Source of the DNA: Spironucleus salmonicida
Lineage: Eukaryota
Direction: 5' to 3'
Assembly: GCF_000497125.1 (NCBI RefSeq)
Contig: NC_090596.1
Location: forward strand, 1,240,001 to 1,304,000
Length of the DNA: 64,000 nt
Shown here: positions 10,605 to 22,937 of the stretch, in pieces
Layout: every line of letters begins with the position of its first letter
Numbering within the stretch: the first letter of the stretch is position 1
Position numbers and translations under genes: made by a program
The notes under the pieces: model-generated
Told to the model about the DNA's origin: nothing
What the model saw: the letters and a program-made list of their open reading frames with translations, nothing else
The model's database searches: none

Positions 10605-12428
10605 ATGTTTATTCTTTTGCAAACACAGTTTGGATTCATTTCTCCAGCATAAGGTCTTTTGTTCACTAAATCATATCCTTAAATAGACAAAGTATGGTTT
10701 AATTCATAACCTAGTTTATTTAGAGATAATATTGCCGGACCTTATATGGAATAAAGATACAATTAGAATTCAAATATTTCAATTGGCATTGTTACTTCAT
10801 CTAAAGATTATTTTGATGTTTTTATGGCCTTTATTCAATAATTTTCATATGAATATAAGTAAGTAGTACCAATTATTATTGATGAGAAGATAACTTAAAT
10901 TGAATATTTTTAAAAGTTAAAAGATCTTGAGATTTACAAATTAGATTATATTATAATGCCTCTTATTAATGTAGATAATTAGTTAGATGATAATCATGAT
11001 GAAAGTCTTAAGTTGTTTATGAACGACTATTTTTACTAAAAGAAATATACATAATTATATTTTTAAAGTATAGAATAAGTTTAATAAAGTTATTTAGGAT
11101 ATTAAAATTTAATGAAAATTAATACTAGTGTGTTAAATGAAAAATATTTTAACTTTACAGAATCTATTATTTAATTACCGGATACTATATTTATTACGAC
11201 CTCGTCAGATTAAATCAATTCACTATATATTAGTTCATTATAAGCTTGCCCTATTTCACCGAATGGTGAAATGCAGACATCATCGTCGACGTGTTAAATA
11301 TCTGTTCCAATAGGAATGACAACAAAGGGAATTAATGGACGAGGTAATATAGGTTAATCCGTGGGAATATTAGCTACAATGTTATTTATGACAACTAGTA
11401 ATAATCGGACATTTTATGACAAAAAGTTTGTCATTTAATAAGCCACACTAATCAAAAAGTAACCATTATCATATTAACAATAATAATATATAGAAGGCTA
11501 TGGATTTGGATTTACGGATTATAAAGCAATAAATTTAGCTAATTCACATTACTATTAATAAAATAAGTAAACGTAGCTCTCTTTGTTAGTCAAAGGAAAT
11601 ATTAAAAATGGTGACATTTTGAATATAGGTTCCTTTTAACTTATTAAAATATAAGTAACACTTAGGGGTAATTAAGATTTATTTGAAGAAAATTATGAAA
11701 ATATAGCGTCAACGCATATGTAAAGTAATACAGGATAAGAAGCACTAAAATATAATGATATAAGTGTATGGATAATATTATTAGACGGTACCGAATAAAT
11801 ACCACATTATATTGGTACATATTTTATAGAATAAGCAAATTAGAAATCAACTTTAAATTATATCCTAGATTAGTCAAATTTTAATGGTTTTTATGTTTAA
11901 GACTATATTCAAGTGTTGTTTAGCTATAGTAAGACAAGATCTTAAGTTATCCAAGAAATCAAAGATAAAACCTAAATTAATACTGATTTAATCGTATCAT
12001 TATAAATATTTGGAGTTAAAAAAAATATCTAATTTACAATTTTTAATGCACATTAAAAATTATATTAGCGGAATAACATTTATTTCATATCTAACGTTTC
12101 ATATCATTATATGATATGCCATTACGGTAGAAATCTATTATTTAGGCAATTGGACGTATAAACTGAAAATAATATCAAAAAAGTTAAATTAGATACTTTA
12201 GGGTTATGTGCTCTTGTTCTATGTGAAACTGAATAAATGAAAAATCATCTTATTTAGTAATCTCCATTTTGTACTAGTAGCAACGAAATAATAGTTGAAG
12301 ATTTCATTATTGCTATTACCTTTAGTACATTAATTTATATTATTACCTTCTTGCTGCTTTTGACTATTTTACCTGTATTTTTATACAGTAAAGTGAACAG
12401 TAACGATGATAGTGATCAGTCTAGTTGA
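10605..12428 (+). CDS. Type-I membrane protein, degenerate subtilisin/kexin-like, 607 aa
   Basis: Long ORF with C-terminal TM (FIIAITFSTLIYIITFLLLLTILPVFLY). NNRTFYDKKFVIQQAT...YIEGYGFGFTD resembles the kexin NPxLTWRDxQ...YGFGxxD segment. Confidence 0.6.
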
Positions 12429-12510
12429 TTTTTATTTCTATAATATCTAAAATTAAATATATTAATTCATTTATATTTACCGCTTCAACTTTTTTTAATA
12501 TTTTTATAAA

Positions 12511-13656
12511 ATGTAAAACTTTTCATAAAGAGTTGTATCCTGTATTAACGCCTAATTACACTTCTTAAAATTACGTGGTTAAATAGTTGCCTTATATCAC
12601 GTTACACCTGAGCTTATTACATCAATTGCTGAGAATTATTTCGATAGTTCAATAAAAAGGATATGCGATTTTTTAAATGATCGATTAACTGCAGAAATGA
12701 ACTTACCAAAATATACTAGGAGAGAAGATAAATTATTATCACATCTTTCTGATGAGGAATATAAACGTGGAGATCTGTTTACAGTTATTTCGGTTGCCGA
12801 AATTGTTTATTCACTTTAGCGTAAAAACTCTATGCCTGCTTTTCCAGTTATGTCACCAGAAATATGTGAGATACTCAAACGTAAGCATGATCTAAACTCA
12901 GCGCATGGAAACTTTTTGAGAAAATAGATGGGATAACAAGGAGGATGTGATGTCGCTAAGAGTTGCGTAGAAACACACCGTTTATCAGATTCTCCTGATA
13001 GATAAGTTACTGATGATAAACTAGTAGAATTTAAGAAAGAAATGTTTGAGCATTTTCTACTTCCTATTATTTAGTAGTATTACATGCATTATCAAACAGA
13101 TCAATAAATAAAGTACACAATATTTAGATTGTAGTAAAAATTGAATCATCTAATTGATTAGTCAATTCATAATAGAAAATAAGAATTTGCTGAGTATAAA
13201 CGGTAATTAGAATTTAGTATAAAATAATAATTCAACTATGCTCTCAAAATAGAGAAAAGAAATCTTAGGGATGAAGCTAAGTGGCGTGATGATGAAAGAG
13301 AAAATCGAAGAAAAGAGGCATCAAAACTTGCCGCAGGTGTACAAACTCGTAGACTCAATGAAATCAACGAAAAGAATGAAAAAGAAGAAGAAAGAAGATA
13401 ATTACTAAATAATTTACGTGAAGAAGAAATAAAATACTGTAATTATCGTAGAAAAGAATCAGAAGAAGAGGTTTTCAAACATATATCTAATATTTCAGCT
13501 AACTATGCAGTTGGAAAAATTAACGTTAAAAACATGAGCAAAGTGTTGAAATATACTGAAAAGGATGTAGTTGAACGTCTAAGATTGTACCAAGGTGCGG
13601 AATAGATATACAGTGAGGGTGGAAAAGATAGAATGGCACGAAGTAGCTACCAGTGA
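12511..13656 (+). CDS. Coiled-coil hypothetical protein, 381 aa
   Basis: ATG 12511 to CAG-TGA 13654-13656; E/K/R-rich C-terminal half. Confidence 0.75.
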
Positions 13657-14159
13657 GATAGAGTAATTGAATAATTTGCGTTCTCGCTTAGTAGTATTTA
13701 TCACTCATGGATATGTCAAGTCTTGATTAAATTGTATCAGCCATGACTGAGAGACACTGTGATTTGTCTCAAAAAGAAATGATTTCATACGGAAATATGA
13801 GATGGCCTAACAAGATTCTACATTTATGACAAATTTTTCATGCAAGCAGCAGCAAGATAAGTAGTAAATTCATAATTTTCTAAACTTTTGACTACATATT
13901 TACGATCAAAAATTTTAATTTTTCCGAAAAATTTCAAGTGCACTTCACGGCTACCATACTTAAGTCATTTCATATTTTTATCTACCAAATAATCCTTCCA
14001 AACTTCTGATCTCTATCTACTACTTTTCTTATTATCTATTTTATTTTTCCTAACTAATGAAAATAGATGCCACATAATAATATATCAATAGTTTCATTTA
14101 TTATTATATATATATTAAATATTATTTCCCTTTCCAGTTTGTCAAAAATTTAAATTTTA

Positions 14160-14750
14160 TCACACATTCAGCAGCTCAATTTTCGCGTCTAGAACCGCCT
14201 CCCTCAGATGCTGAAACTCATCCCCGGTCCACCCCCGATATACTACTAGCTCCAGTGCCCGTCGGTCTACCTCAAACTCCGAACCGATCAAATTCAGCTG
14301 CGAAAAAAATTTGATTTCGTCCACAGAAAATTACTTTTTCAAAACTTCTATTTTCGCCTCCAAATTTCCCATGATAAGGTGGTTTGAACTAGCGTACTTA
14401 ATAAGCTTTGCCTCCTCGTACCGAATAGATATCGGGGCATTGACGAGGAGGGTCCTGCGACACAGCGGGCATAGTGAGACGAGCTGGAAGCAGGCAGGAC
14501 AGATTGAATGACGGCAATAGAGTGGAATGGATGGTGCAGATAGGAGGCAGATATGACAGTTTTGTAGAGGGGTATCGGGGGTATAAAGGGCGAAGATTGG
14601 GGAAGATTTGAGAAGAGGTGAAAAGTATGGTAGCTAGGCCGGAAAATGCTGCTAGTTTGAATACGGTGTTTTTATAAATGGCGGAAGATCGCAGGAGTCC
14701 GTTTTCTGCTATAAAATGAGCTCTCTTTTGTCATTAAAAAATTGAATCAT
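14160..14750 (-). CDS. RING-HC zinc finger protein, 196 aa
   Basis: CHIC-x9-CRHSICPAC-x6-CPLCR; ATG 14750, TGA 14160. Confidence 0.87.
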
Positions 14751-14804
14751 TTTTCATAATATATTAGTATATTATAATTAAAATAATGTTAAACGCTCCG
14801 CAAA

Positions 14805-15956
14805 ATGTCAGAAAATCAGTAGCCTAATCTTCAAAACTCAGATTTAGTAGACAAAAAGGCCTTCATCACGCATACAGATGTAGACGACATATAAAATAGG
14901 CTGGCCCACTACGAAATTCAAATGCCATCTGGGCCGTATAATGTTGAATTTGAAACTGCCAAAGAAAGATTACAAACCGTTACTGATTAATTAAAAAGGA
15001 CATAACATGAATATGACCTTAAAATGTAGGAATTAGACTCTAGAGAAGCTTCCTTGAACATTAGAAAAGCTGAATTATTACGAAGATAATAAGAAGTGGA
15101 AGCCTATGTTGCACGTTCCATTGAACGAGAAAAAAGATCATAACAAGTTACAGATAAACGATGCGGTGATATAGCTTCTGCAGTTAATGAAATATCACGA
15201 TTAACAGACAATATCGCTGGGGCAACTGCGTTACTTTCAGTTTTATAAGAAAGAAATTCTGTTTATAAAGTTTATTCAGATTTTGTTGAAGGTGTTTATT
15301 TAGCATTAGCTGGAGCTTAATTTAAACCAGAAGATGCGCTATCAGCTAATGCTAAACGTCACGAGGCTATTCGTCATTAACATTAGTGTTAAGACTTTGT
15401 ATTTAATATATTTACACGTTTAAAAAATGAGGAATAACAATCTATAGACTTAGAAGCTAAATTACATCAATAATATGATGAACTAGCTGAAAAAATCAGA
15501 GAAAGATAAGCTTAAAATAGACAAATAGTTGCTGAGCTTGAATAGAAAATCGCTGAACTAAGTTAGGAGCTTGACTAATTAGTATTGAAAAAAGATATGG
15601 CATAATAAGATAGTTAATAGCTTAATATCAAGCTACATGCTAAAACATAAGAACTATCCGCCGTCAGTTCCAGTGTAAAAAATTTAGTTTAACGTATTTA
15701 AGAATTTAAAGAATAACGACATGATTTTTTAACTGATAGAGCAAGTATTGATGATATATTAGGAGGTAAAAATACTAAACTGGAAAGCTAAGTTGATAGT
15801 TATTTTTAGAAAAGTAAAGGGCTAGTAGATAGATCAGAATGCTATAAAAGGGTTTTAGGAGAAGGATTATTAGAAAGGTTAAAAGATATTTATAAGCTCG
15901 GCTTATTTTTAAACGACTTCTAAGAGCTTGTAAGAATTTGTAAAGGTGACCATTGA
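14805..15956 (+). CDS. Coiled-coil protein, DUF4200 (CCDC42/CFAP73)-like, 383 aa
   Basis: Long coiled coil HEYDLKMQELDSREASL...EVEAYVARSIEREKRS...VYKVYSDFVEGV resembles DUF4200. Family assignment is inference. Confidence 0.6.
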
Positions 15957-16002
15957 TGATTGGCTGTTATTACTTTATATTAATATTAGAAAATAATTAT
16001 CA

Positions 16003-17148
16003 TCACTGAGAAATCTTTTTGTGGATGATCTGCTCGCCGTTGACCTTTAAACGAGTGAGAACTTCTACGAGAGCTTTCTCATTTTTGGCATCGCTAGAGC
16101 AGAGAATACCTTTAGTCGTCTTAGTAATTTTGACTTAAAAGTTTACAGATGAGGAGATCGACTCAGATAGCTTGTTAAGATCTAATTCTGTGGGAATATT
16201 TTAGAGGTCGAATTTGACAGCAGCAGCTCTTTCAGTAGTCTTAGGACCTCTAGTGGGCTTTTCAGTAGTATTGGCAGGTCTCTCTGTAGTCTTAGTAATC
16301 TTGGCAGGTCTCTCTGTAGTCTTAGTAATCTTGGCAGGTCTCTCGGTAGTCTTAGTAGTCTTAGCGGTGGGCTTATCCATAGCTTAAGAAGGCTTTGTGG
16401 CGGCCCTTTTCTCGTTACGATTTTATATGCGGTTCTTTCTTTCAGTCTTCTTTCTGGCATCAGTAATCTCCTGAAGTCTGGAGGGTTCAATAAAAGTAGC
16501 ATTAGGGAAACGTTCAAAAGATGCAATACCATTGACAATCTTTTCAACCATGGCGACAGTAACGATGAGCTTGACCTGAATGACTTTATCCATTGCCTTG
16601 GTCATAGGGGTTCTATTGAGGTAGAAATTGTAGTTTTTGATGGGCTTCTTGGCAGAATCGACAAAAGTATCGTCTTCTTTGAGAGCTGCGAAGACTTCTT
16701 TAAGCCATGGGCGTACAATAAACTTAATATCATGAGTATCTTGCTGTTTATATGCAATAGAAGCTATTTTCCTGGCAAAAGCAGATGCGAGCTCAGGAGA
16801 TCTAGACTCAAATGGGGAGGACTTAATAACAACAAAAACTTCGTTGGTACTTTTAGACACATGAGAAGCATTCAGAGTTTTAAACTTGGTCCAATTAAGC
16901 TGGGACTGAATCTTGAGTGACTGTTGATAAATACTATTGTCGGAATCAACAACCTCAATCTTTGCATCTGGGAACATTTCCATCACGTGTTCCTGTTGGT
17001 ATTTGGATGAGTTAAAAACGTAAAGATCCTTACCTGATTCGGCAACGCCTACACGGTTAGCAATTTTTTCCTTGAACTTATCGAGCGATATGTTAAGGTT
17101 AGTTATCTTCAGCATCTTCGGAGTGTATTCCTATTTGGTAGTCGACAT
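16003..17148 (-). CDS. Basic hypothetical protein with KTTERPAKIT repeats, 381 aa (copy 1)
   Basis: ATG 17148 (MSTTKQEYTPKMLKITNL); ORF 16423..17115 extends through TAA codons to CAG-TGA at 16003. Confidence 0.85.
16272..16361. repeat. 30-bp coding tandem repeat, about 3 copies
   Basis: tggcaggtctctctgtagtcttagtaatct repeated; also present at about 19310-19399. Confidence 0.9.
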
Positions 17149-17238
17149 TTGATAAGGAGTGGTGGAACGGTCACTCCTTAAATTTTAGTATAGTCAATGT
17201 ACAATAACGCTAATCTAAAAGATATAGATAAAAACTTG

Positions 17239-18960
17239 TCATTCGGCCAAATCCTCAACGCGAATCTGCAATGCAGAGATGCTTTTCGAGCCTGCCAGTA
17301 TCAACTATGGGAATACAATAACCTTTCCTTCTGCTGCAGTTGGCTTTCCCCTACGATAACCGAGTAATAGTAGTTGGAAGCATACTTAAAATAACTACCT
17401 AAAACTCGTCACATCCGACTCACCCAAACTACTTATATACTTTGGGGCAACTGAGGCGAAAATATCATCCAGGAAAGCGTATAGGAACTTCTCCATAGCC
17501 ACATTGAATTTGGTCTTCAAAAAATTTGCAAAACACTAATAAAATAATTCAGTATTTTAAAATTCTATTTGGAACTGTTATGAAATTGCTCCTACAACAT
17601 CTTAATCCTCTAATATATAAAGCATTTCTAAAATGCTATCATCAAATAAAAGGCCTGTTGTCTTTCTTAAAGCTTTTCTTAATTTTAATCCCCTTAATAT
17701 TTCAATTCTGGTTTAATCTAACTCTTATATCTATAACAATACTGAATCTGGTTCTGGATCAAATTATCTATAAAAATCTGTAAAATTAACATAGTCATAT
17801 GTTTTAAGATTATATTTTTAGTTCACAAATACTGTTTTAACTTATTTTAATAAAGATGTCATAGTTAATAATTTTTCTTCAACTGCTTCCACCGACGCCT
17901 TGAGATCCTAGACCTCCGTCTAACTCGAGGCAAGCTACTAGGCTAGATCGTCAAGTCCATTCTCTTAAAAGGATATATGGCTCTCTCGGGTGACAAGAAG
18001 GTCACGGACTGCTTTAAGTTCAGTCTACGTCTCAACCTCTTGCTTTAACAGCCGCTCCAGCCGCCCCTAAAGATTGGCGACCTCAATACTGTTCTACTCT
18101 ACTTGGGTCGTTAGCCTATCGCCTTCGGCCCGTAGTTCAGAGACCTCGGATGCGTCTCTTTCAGCACTAAGCTTAAATCTTGTAATCTCTTATTCAAGCT
18201 CTTTCTAACACGCCGTGGCCTTTTCTAGGCTTTATTGAACTAGTGCGCATGCTTCTAGAGATATTCCTAGCTCCAAACTCTGAGCTTCATGGGAGAATCT
18301 TAAAGCATCCAGCTCAGGAATCAGCTACCGAAGCGAATCCATCTCAACAGAATCTTTAAGTTTTTCTTTCTGAGCAATGGCTATTTCACACTGCAGGGAT
18401 GCGACCTACCCTTTGAGCGCCACGAGGTACTCCTCCTGTGCCAGAGTTTCGGTTGTCTGGTCTCCTCGAAGTGCTTCCACCGACGCCTTGAGATCCTAGA
18501 CCTCCGTCTAACTCGAGGCAAGCTACTAGGCTAGATCGTCAAGTCCATTCTCTTAAAAGGATATATGGCTCTCTCGGGTGTCACGAACCTGGTTACCTTA
18601 GCTATATTTTTACTCTATTAAATATTACAACTCATCTTGCATTAGTTTAGCATTTTCCTAAAGTCTATGTTATAATTTTGTTATTTTTTCTTTTTATTAC
18701 TATGAAAACTAAATTATTTATTTATTTTAAAAAATTAAATCCTTATTTTTTTATTCTAAATGACTATACTACTGTCTAATCTTCTTCAATGCTACCTAAC
18801 ATAATGCTGCCTCGGTTTAAGTATCTAACAACAACGGATAATGTTATTGTATAGATTTTTTAACAGTATTCGGCAAAGCCGTGACTGGCTAGATAGCAGA
18901 GCTAAGCATTTGTGGTTATTAATCAAAGAAATGAGATGAAGAAGAGCGTCTAAAGTTCAT
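17239..18960 (-). CDS. Coiled-coil protein with an internal exact repeat, 573 aa
   Basis: Translated codon by codon with no TGA from ATG 18960 (MNFRRSSSSH) to TGA 17239. TRESHISFQENGLDDLAQQLASSQTEVQDLKASVEA occurs twice. Confidence 0.85.
17884..18580. repeat. 109-bp exact direct repeat pair (17884-17992 and 18472-18580), period 588 bp
   Basis: tgcttccaccgacgccttgag...ctctctcgggtg is present twice. Confidence 0.93.
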
Positions 18961-19039
18961 TATATAAATGTCGAATATAGTATTAAATTATAATATTCTA
19001 TATTTAAAAATAATTATTGTATCTAAATTATAGAAAAAG

Positions 19040-20521
19040 ATCACTGAGAAATCTTTTTGTGGATGATCTGCTCGCCGTTGACCTTTAAACGAGTGAGAAC
19101 TTCTACGAGAGCTTTCTCATTTTTGGCATCGCTAGAGCAGAGAATACCTTTAGTCGTCTTAGTAATTTTGACTTAAAAGTTTACAGATGAGGAGATCGAC
19201 TCAGATAGCTTGTTAAGATCTAATTCTGTGGGAATATTTTAGAGGTCGAATTTGACAGCAGCAGCTCTTTCAGTAGTCTTAGGACCTCTAGTGGGCTTTT
19301 CAGTAGTATTGGCAGGTCTCTCTGTAGTCTTAGTAATCTTGGCAGGTCTCTCTGTAGTCTTAGTAATCTTGGCAGGTCTCTCGGTAGTCTTAGTAGTCTT
19401 AGCGGTGGGCTTATCCATAGCTTAAGAAGGCTTTGTGGCGGCCCTTTTCTCGTTACGATTTTATATGCGGTTCTTTCTTTCAGTCTTCTTTCTGGCATCA
19501 GTAATCTCCTGAAGTCTGGAGGGTTCAATAAAAGTAGCATTAGGGAAACGTTCAAAAGATGCAATACCATTGACAATCTTTTCAACCATGGCGACAGTAA
19601 CGATGAGCTTGACCTGAATGACTTTATCCATTGCCTTGGTCATAGGGGTTCTATTGAGGTAGAAATTGTAGTTTTTGATGGGCTTCTTGGCAGAATCGAC
19701 AAAAGTATCGTCTTCTTTGAGAGCTGCGAAGACTTCTTTAAGCCATGGGCGTACAATAAACTTAATATCATGAGTATCTTGCTGTTTATATGCAATAGAA
19801 GCTATTTTCCTGGCAAAAGCAGATGCGAGCTCAGGAGATCTAGACTCAAATGGGGAGGACTTAATAACAACAAAAACTTCGTTGGTACTTTTAGACACAT
19901 GAGAAGCATTCAGAGTTTTAAACTTGGTCCAATTAAGCTGGGACTGAATCTTGAGTGACTGTTGATAAATACTATTGTCGGAATCAACAACCTCAATCTT
20001 TGCATCTGGGAACATTTCCATCACGTGTTCCTGTTGGTATTTGGATGAGTTAAAAACGTAAAGATCCTTACCTGATTCGGCAACGCCTACACGGTTAGCA
20101 ATTTTTTCCTTGAACTTATCGAGCGATATGTTAAGGTTAGTTATCTTCAGCATCTTCGGAGTGTATTCCTATTTGGTAGTCGACATTTGATAAGGAGTGG
20201 TGGAACGGTCACTCCTTAAATTTTAGTATAGTCAATGTACAATAACGCTAATCTAAAAGATATAGATAAAAACTTGTCATTCGGCCAAATCCTCAACGCG
20301 AATCTGCAATGCAGAGATGCTTTTCGAGCCTGCCAGTATCAACTATGGGAATACAATAACCTTTCCTTCTGCTGCAGTTGGCTTTCCCCTACGATAACCG
20401 AGTAATAGTAGTTGGAAGCATACTTAAAATAACTACCTAAAACTCGTCACATCCGACTCACCCAAACTACTTATATACTTTGGGGCAACTGAGGCGAAAA
20501 TATCATCCAGGAAAGCGTATA
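19040..20521. repeat. Direct duplication, copy 2
   Basis: Appears identical to 16002-17483. Confidence 0.95.
19041..20186 (-). CDS. Basic hypothetical protein, 381 aa (copy 2)
   Basis: Same sequence as 16003..17148. Confidence 0.85.
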
Positions 20522-20597
20522 TGAAGTTCTCTATACCTATGGTTACTCTTTTTATTACCTAGTTTTACGTAAAGCTTATATAACTTTGCTTAATGTT
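20277..20597 (-). pseudogene. 3' remnant of the 573-aa coiled-coil gene
   Basis: The last ~80 codons are duplicated. Upstream sequence diverges (GIENFIYAF vs AMEKFLYAF) and reaches an in-frame TGA at 20598-20600 with no ATG. Confidence 0.7.
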
Positions 20598-20684
20598 TCA
20601 TATAAGTTAGGGAAAAACCTCTTTAAAGTGAAATAAAATAAATCTCATTATTATATAATAGTTAATAGTTAAATTATAAAAGAA

Positions 20685-22937
20685 ATGAATGTCAATTATC
20701 AAGATTTTTACACATATGATTAGGAGTCCTAAATCATTAAATAAATGTATCTTTAATAATAAAAGTATTCAGTTTATAAATCAATTAATATTTAATTCCT
20801 TACGTTAAACTGTGGTGATAAGTATCTTAATGATACATTCTTTGATTCAATAGATTAAAATAATGTGGCAATATTTGTGAGTCTATAAGAATTTGATCTT
20901 GATATGACCTCAATATTAGCGCATCAGTCTAAAAGAGCTGATCTTTATGTTAAAAATTTAAATAAAAGATTCCCAAAATTTCAAATATTTGTTAAATAGA
21001 TGGGGTCTATGTTAATGATGATTTTAATCTAGAAATATATATAGTCTACAGTTACATTTTAGACAGTTGCAACTGGTCTGATGGGGAAAATAGCCAATAA
21101 AGGTGGAATTTTAGCTCGAATTCAGATCCTTGACACAACATTATTAGTTGCGGGATGTCATCTATCAGCGTCACGGGATAGAGATGGTGTCAAGCTAAGA
21201 AATGCTGATCTGCATAAAATTCTTAGCGGATATTAACCGTAGAACAAATCTAGTATATCTTCACAATATTGGGCTTCAAATTTGAAATGTAAACCAAATG
21301 TGCCAGATAGTTTTATTGACTTAGATTCAATTTTTATAATCGGTGATCTTAACTATAGAGTTGAATCTTAGCTTTCTGAAAGTAGTGTCTCAAATGGTAT
21401 CACATCTTTAGATATTTATACTTAGTTTAAGTAAGGAGATTAACTTCTAAGTTAGATAGAGAAATGGAATTTAAAAAATGATGAAAATCTTTATTTAAAT
21501 GATATTTCTGAACAAGAATTTGACTTCCTTCCAACATACTGCCTTATTCCTAATGAGTCTAATGTCCCTAGTATTAATATTTATGCTACAGATCCAACTA
21601 TTGGTAATGGAAAAGTAAGAATGCCAGCCTTTACAGATAGAGTTTTATAACGACTTATAAATTATGATATCATATTTTAGGCAACTTCTTATGACTCAGT
21701 TCCTAACTATTAGATTTCCGATCACAGGCCAGTCACTTAACTTGGTACCATTCTTATTCGCTCATATGACAAAAGACGTATGACAGAGACTAGATAAAGA
21801 ATAGCAGATGATATCAAAAAATAATTCTATGAGCTAATGCCAAAATTCACAGTAGAAGCTTAAAAAGATTATCTTAAAATTACTTCTCTTAATTCATTTA
21901 AATTAAATATAATAGTGTAAAATCATCATTAAAATTAACCACTTGTTCTAGAAGTTACAACAAATTCGCCATTTATAAAAATAGATAATCCTTTGATATA
22001 AATAAAACCTTAAAGTAAATATGATTTTTAATACCTTTACTACATATCAACGCTAAATTAAGAAATTTCATCATTATAGATTTTGAAATCACTTTTTTCT
22101 GGCATTGATCTTAATTTTATCCTTTTCTTTACACATTTTCACCATGAAGTATTGTTAGACAAAAGAAATATATAAATTTAAGTGGATACATAGTTTGAAC
22201 AGAATATATTGAGCTCTAATTTATTTACAGATAGTAATATATATGAGTCTTATATTGATAACTTATACTAAATAATAAACTAAAAAAATCTTATTGGTTA
22301 TAATACTATTAAAAATACAAAATTTAGAACAAATTTTCCTGCATCTGAATCGGATAAGTGGAATTCTCTGTCAAAACTAGTTGATGATCTTTGTATTAAA
22401 CATCATGAATACCAGACAATTTTTCATTAGATAAAAAATTCGAATATTGAATCTACAAGCAGTATAAATTAGTAGATATCACTTTTTAGAGGCTTATAAT
22501 ATTCGGAAAAAACGTTAAATCCTGAGTGTGCATAGTATTATGGTGAAATATTAACAAATTTTATCAGTCACGAATTACAATAGTTTTAAATTTTAGACTA
22601 GCATTCTGAGTTCAACATATTAAACCCATCTAGTTGCAAAGATTTCTTCTATGGATTTATAACTATATTAAAGTTTCATGCATACCCTTAACTTTAAAAT
22701 TTAATCCCAGTATTCAACTAAATTAAAAATGAGAGCAAACTGACTTCCGATGAAATTTGTAGATAGGCAAGTTTATATCTTCTTGAAACGTTGGAATATA
22801 AAACAAGATTTTAATTGTTCGGCTTATTTATGATAGAAAATATAATACCAGGTACGATAGAGAAATTTTCTTGTTTATTAAATAATAAATCGCTATATGA
22901 TGTAATTCACTTTATCTACAAAACATTAAGATATTGA
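20685..22937 (+). CDS. Inositol polyphosphate 5-phosphatase (OCRL/INPP5B-like), 750 aa
   Basis: VSLQE, TGLMGKIANKGG, GCHLSA, IGDLNYRV, FLPTY, PAFTDRVL, ISDHRPV. Confidence 0.92.

Larger units (their letters stand above)
16002..17483. repeat. Direct duplication, copy 1 (about 1482 bp)
   Basis: Appears identical to 19040-20521 (offset 3038); the ORF-track translations of the two copies are identical. Confidence 0.95.

Noticed and set aside
16272-16361. CRISPR-like 30-bp repeats
   Set aside because: Head-to-tail with no spacers, in-frame coding repeat, eukaryotic context.
16002-20521. LTR retrotransposon or composite transposon suggested by long direct repeats
   Set aside because: The repeats contain a whole gene, and I saw no RT, integrase or transposase, no TG..CA ends and no target-site duplication.
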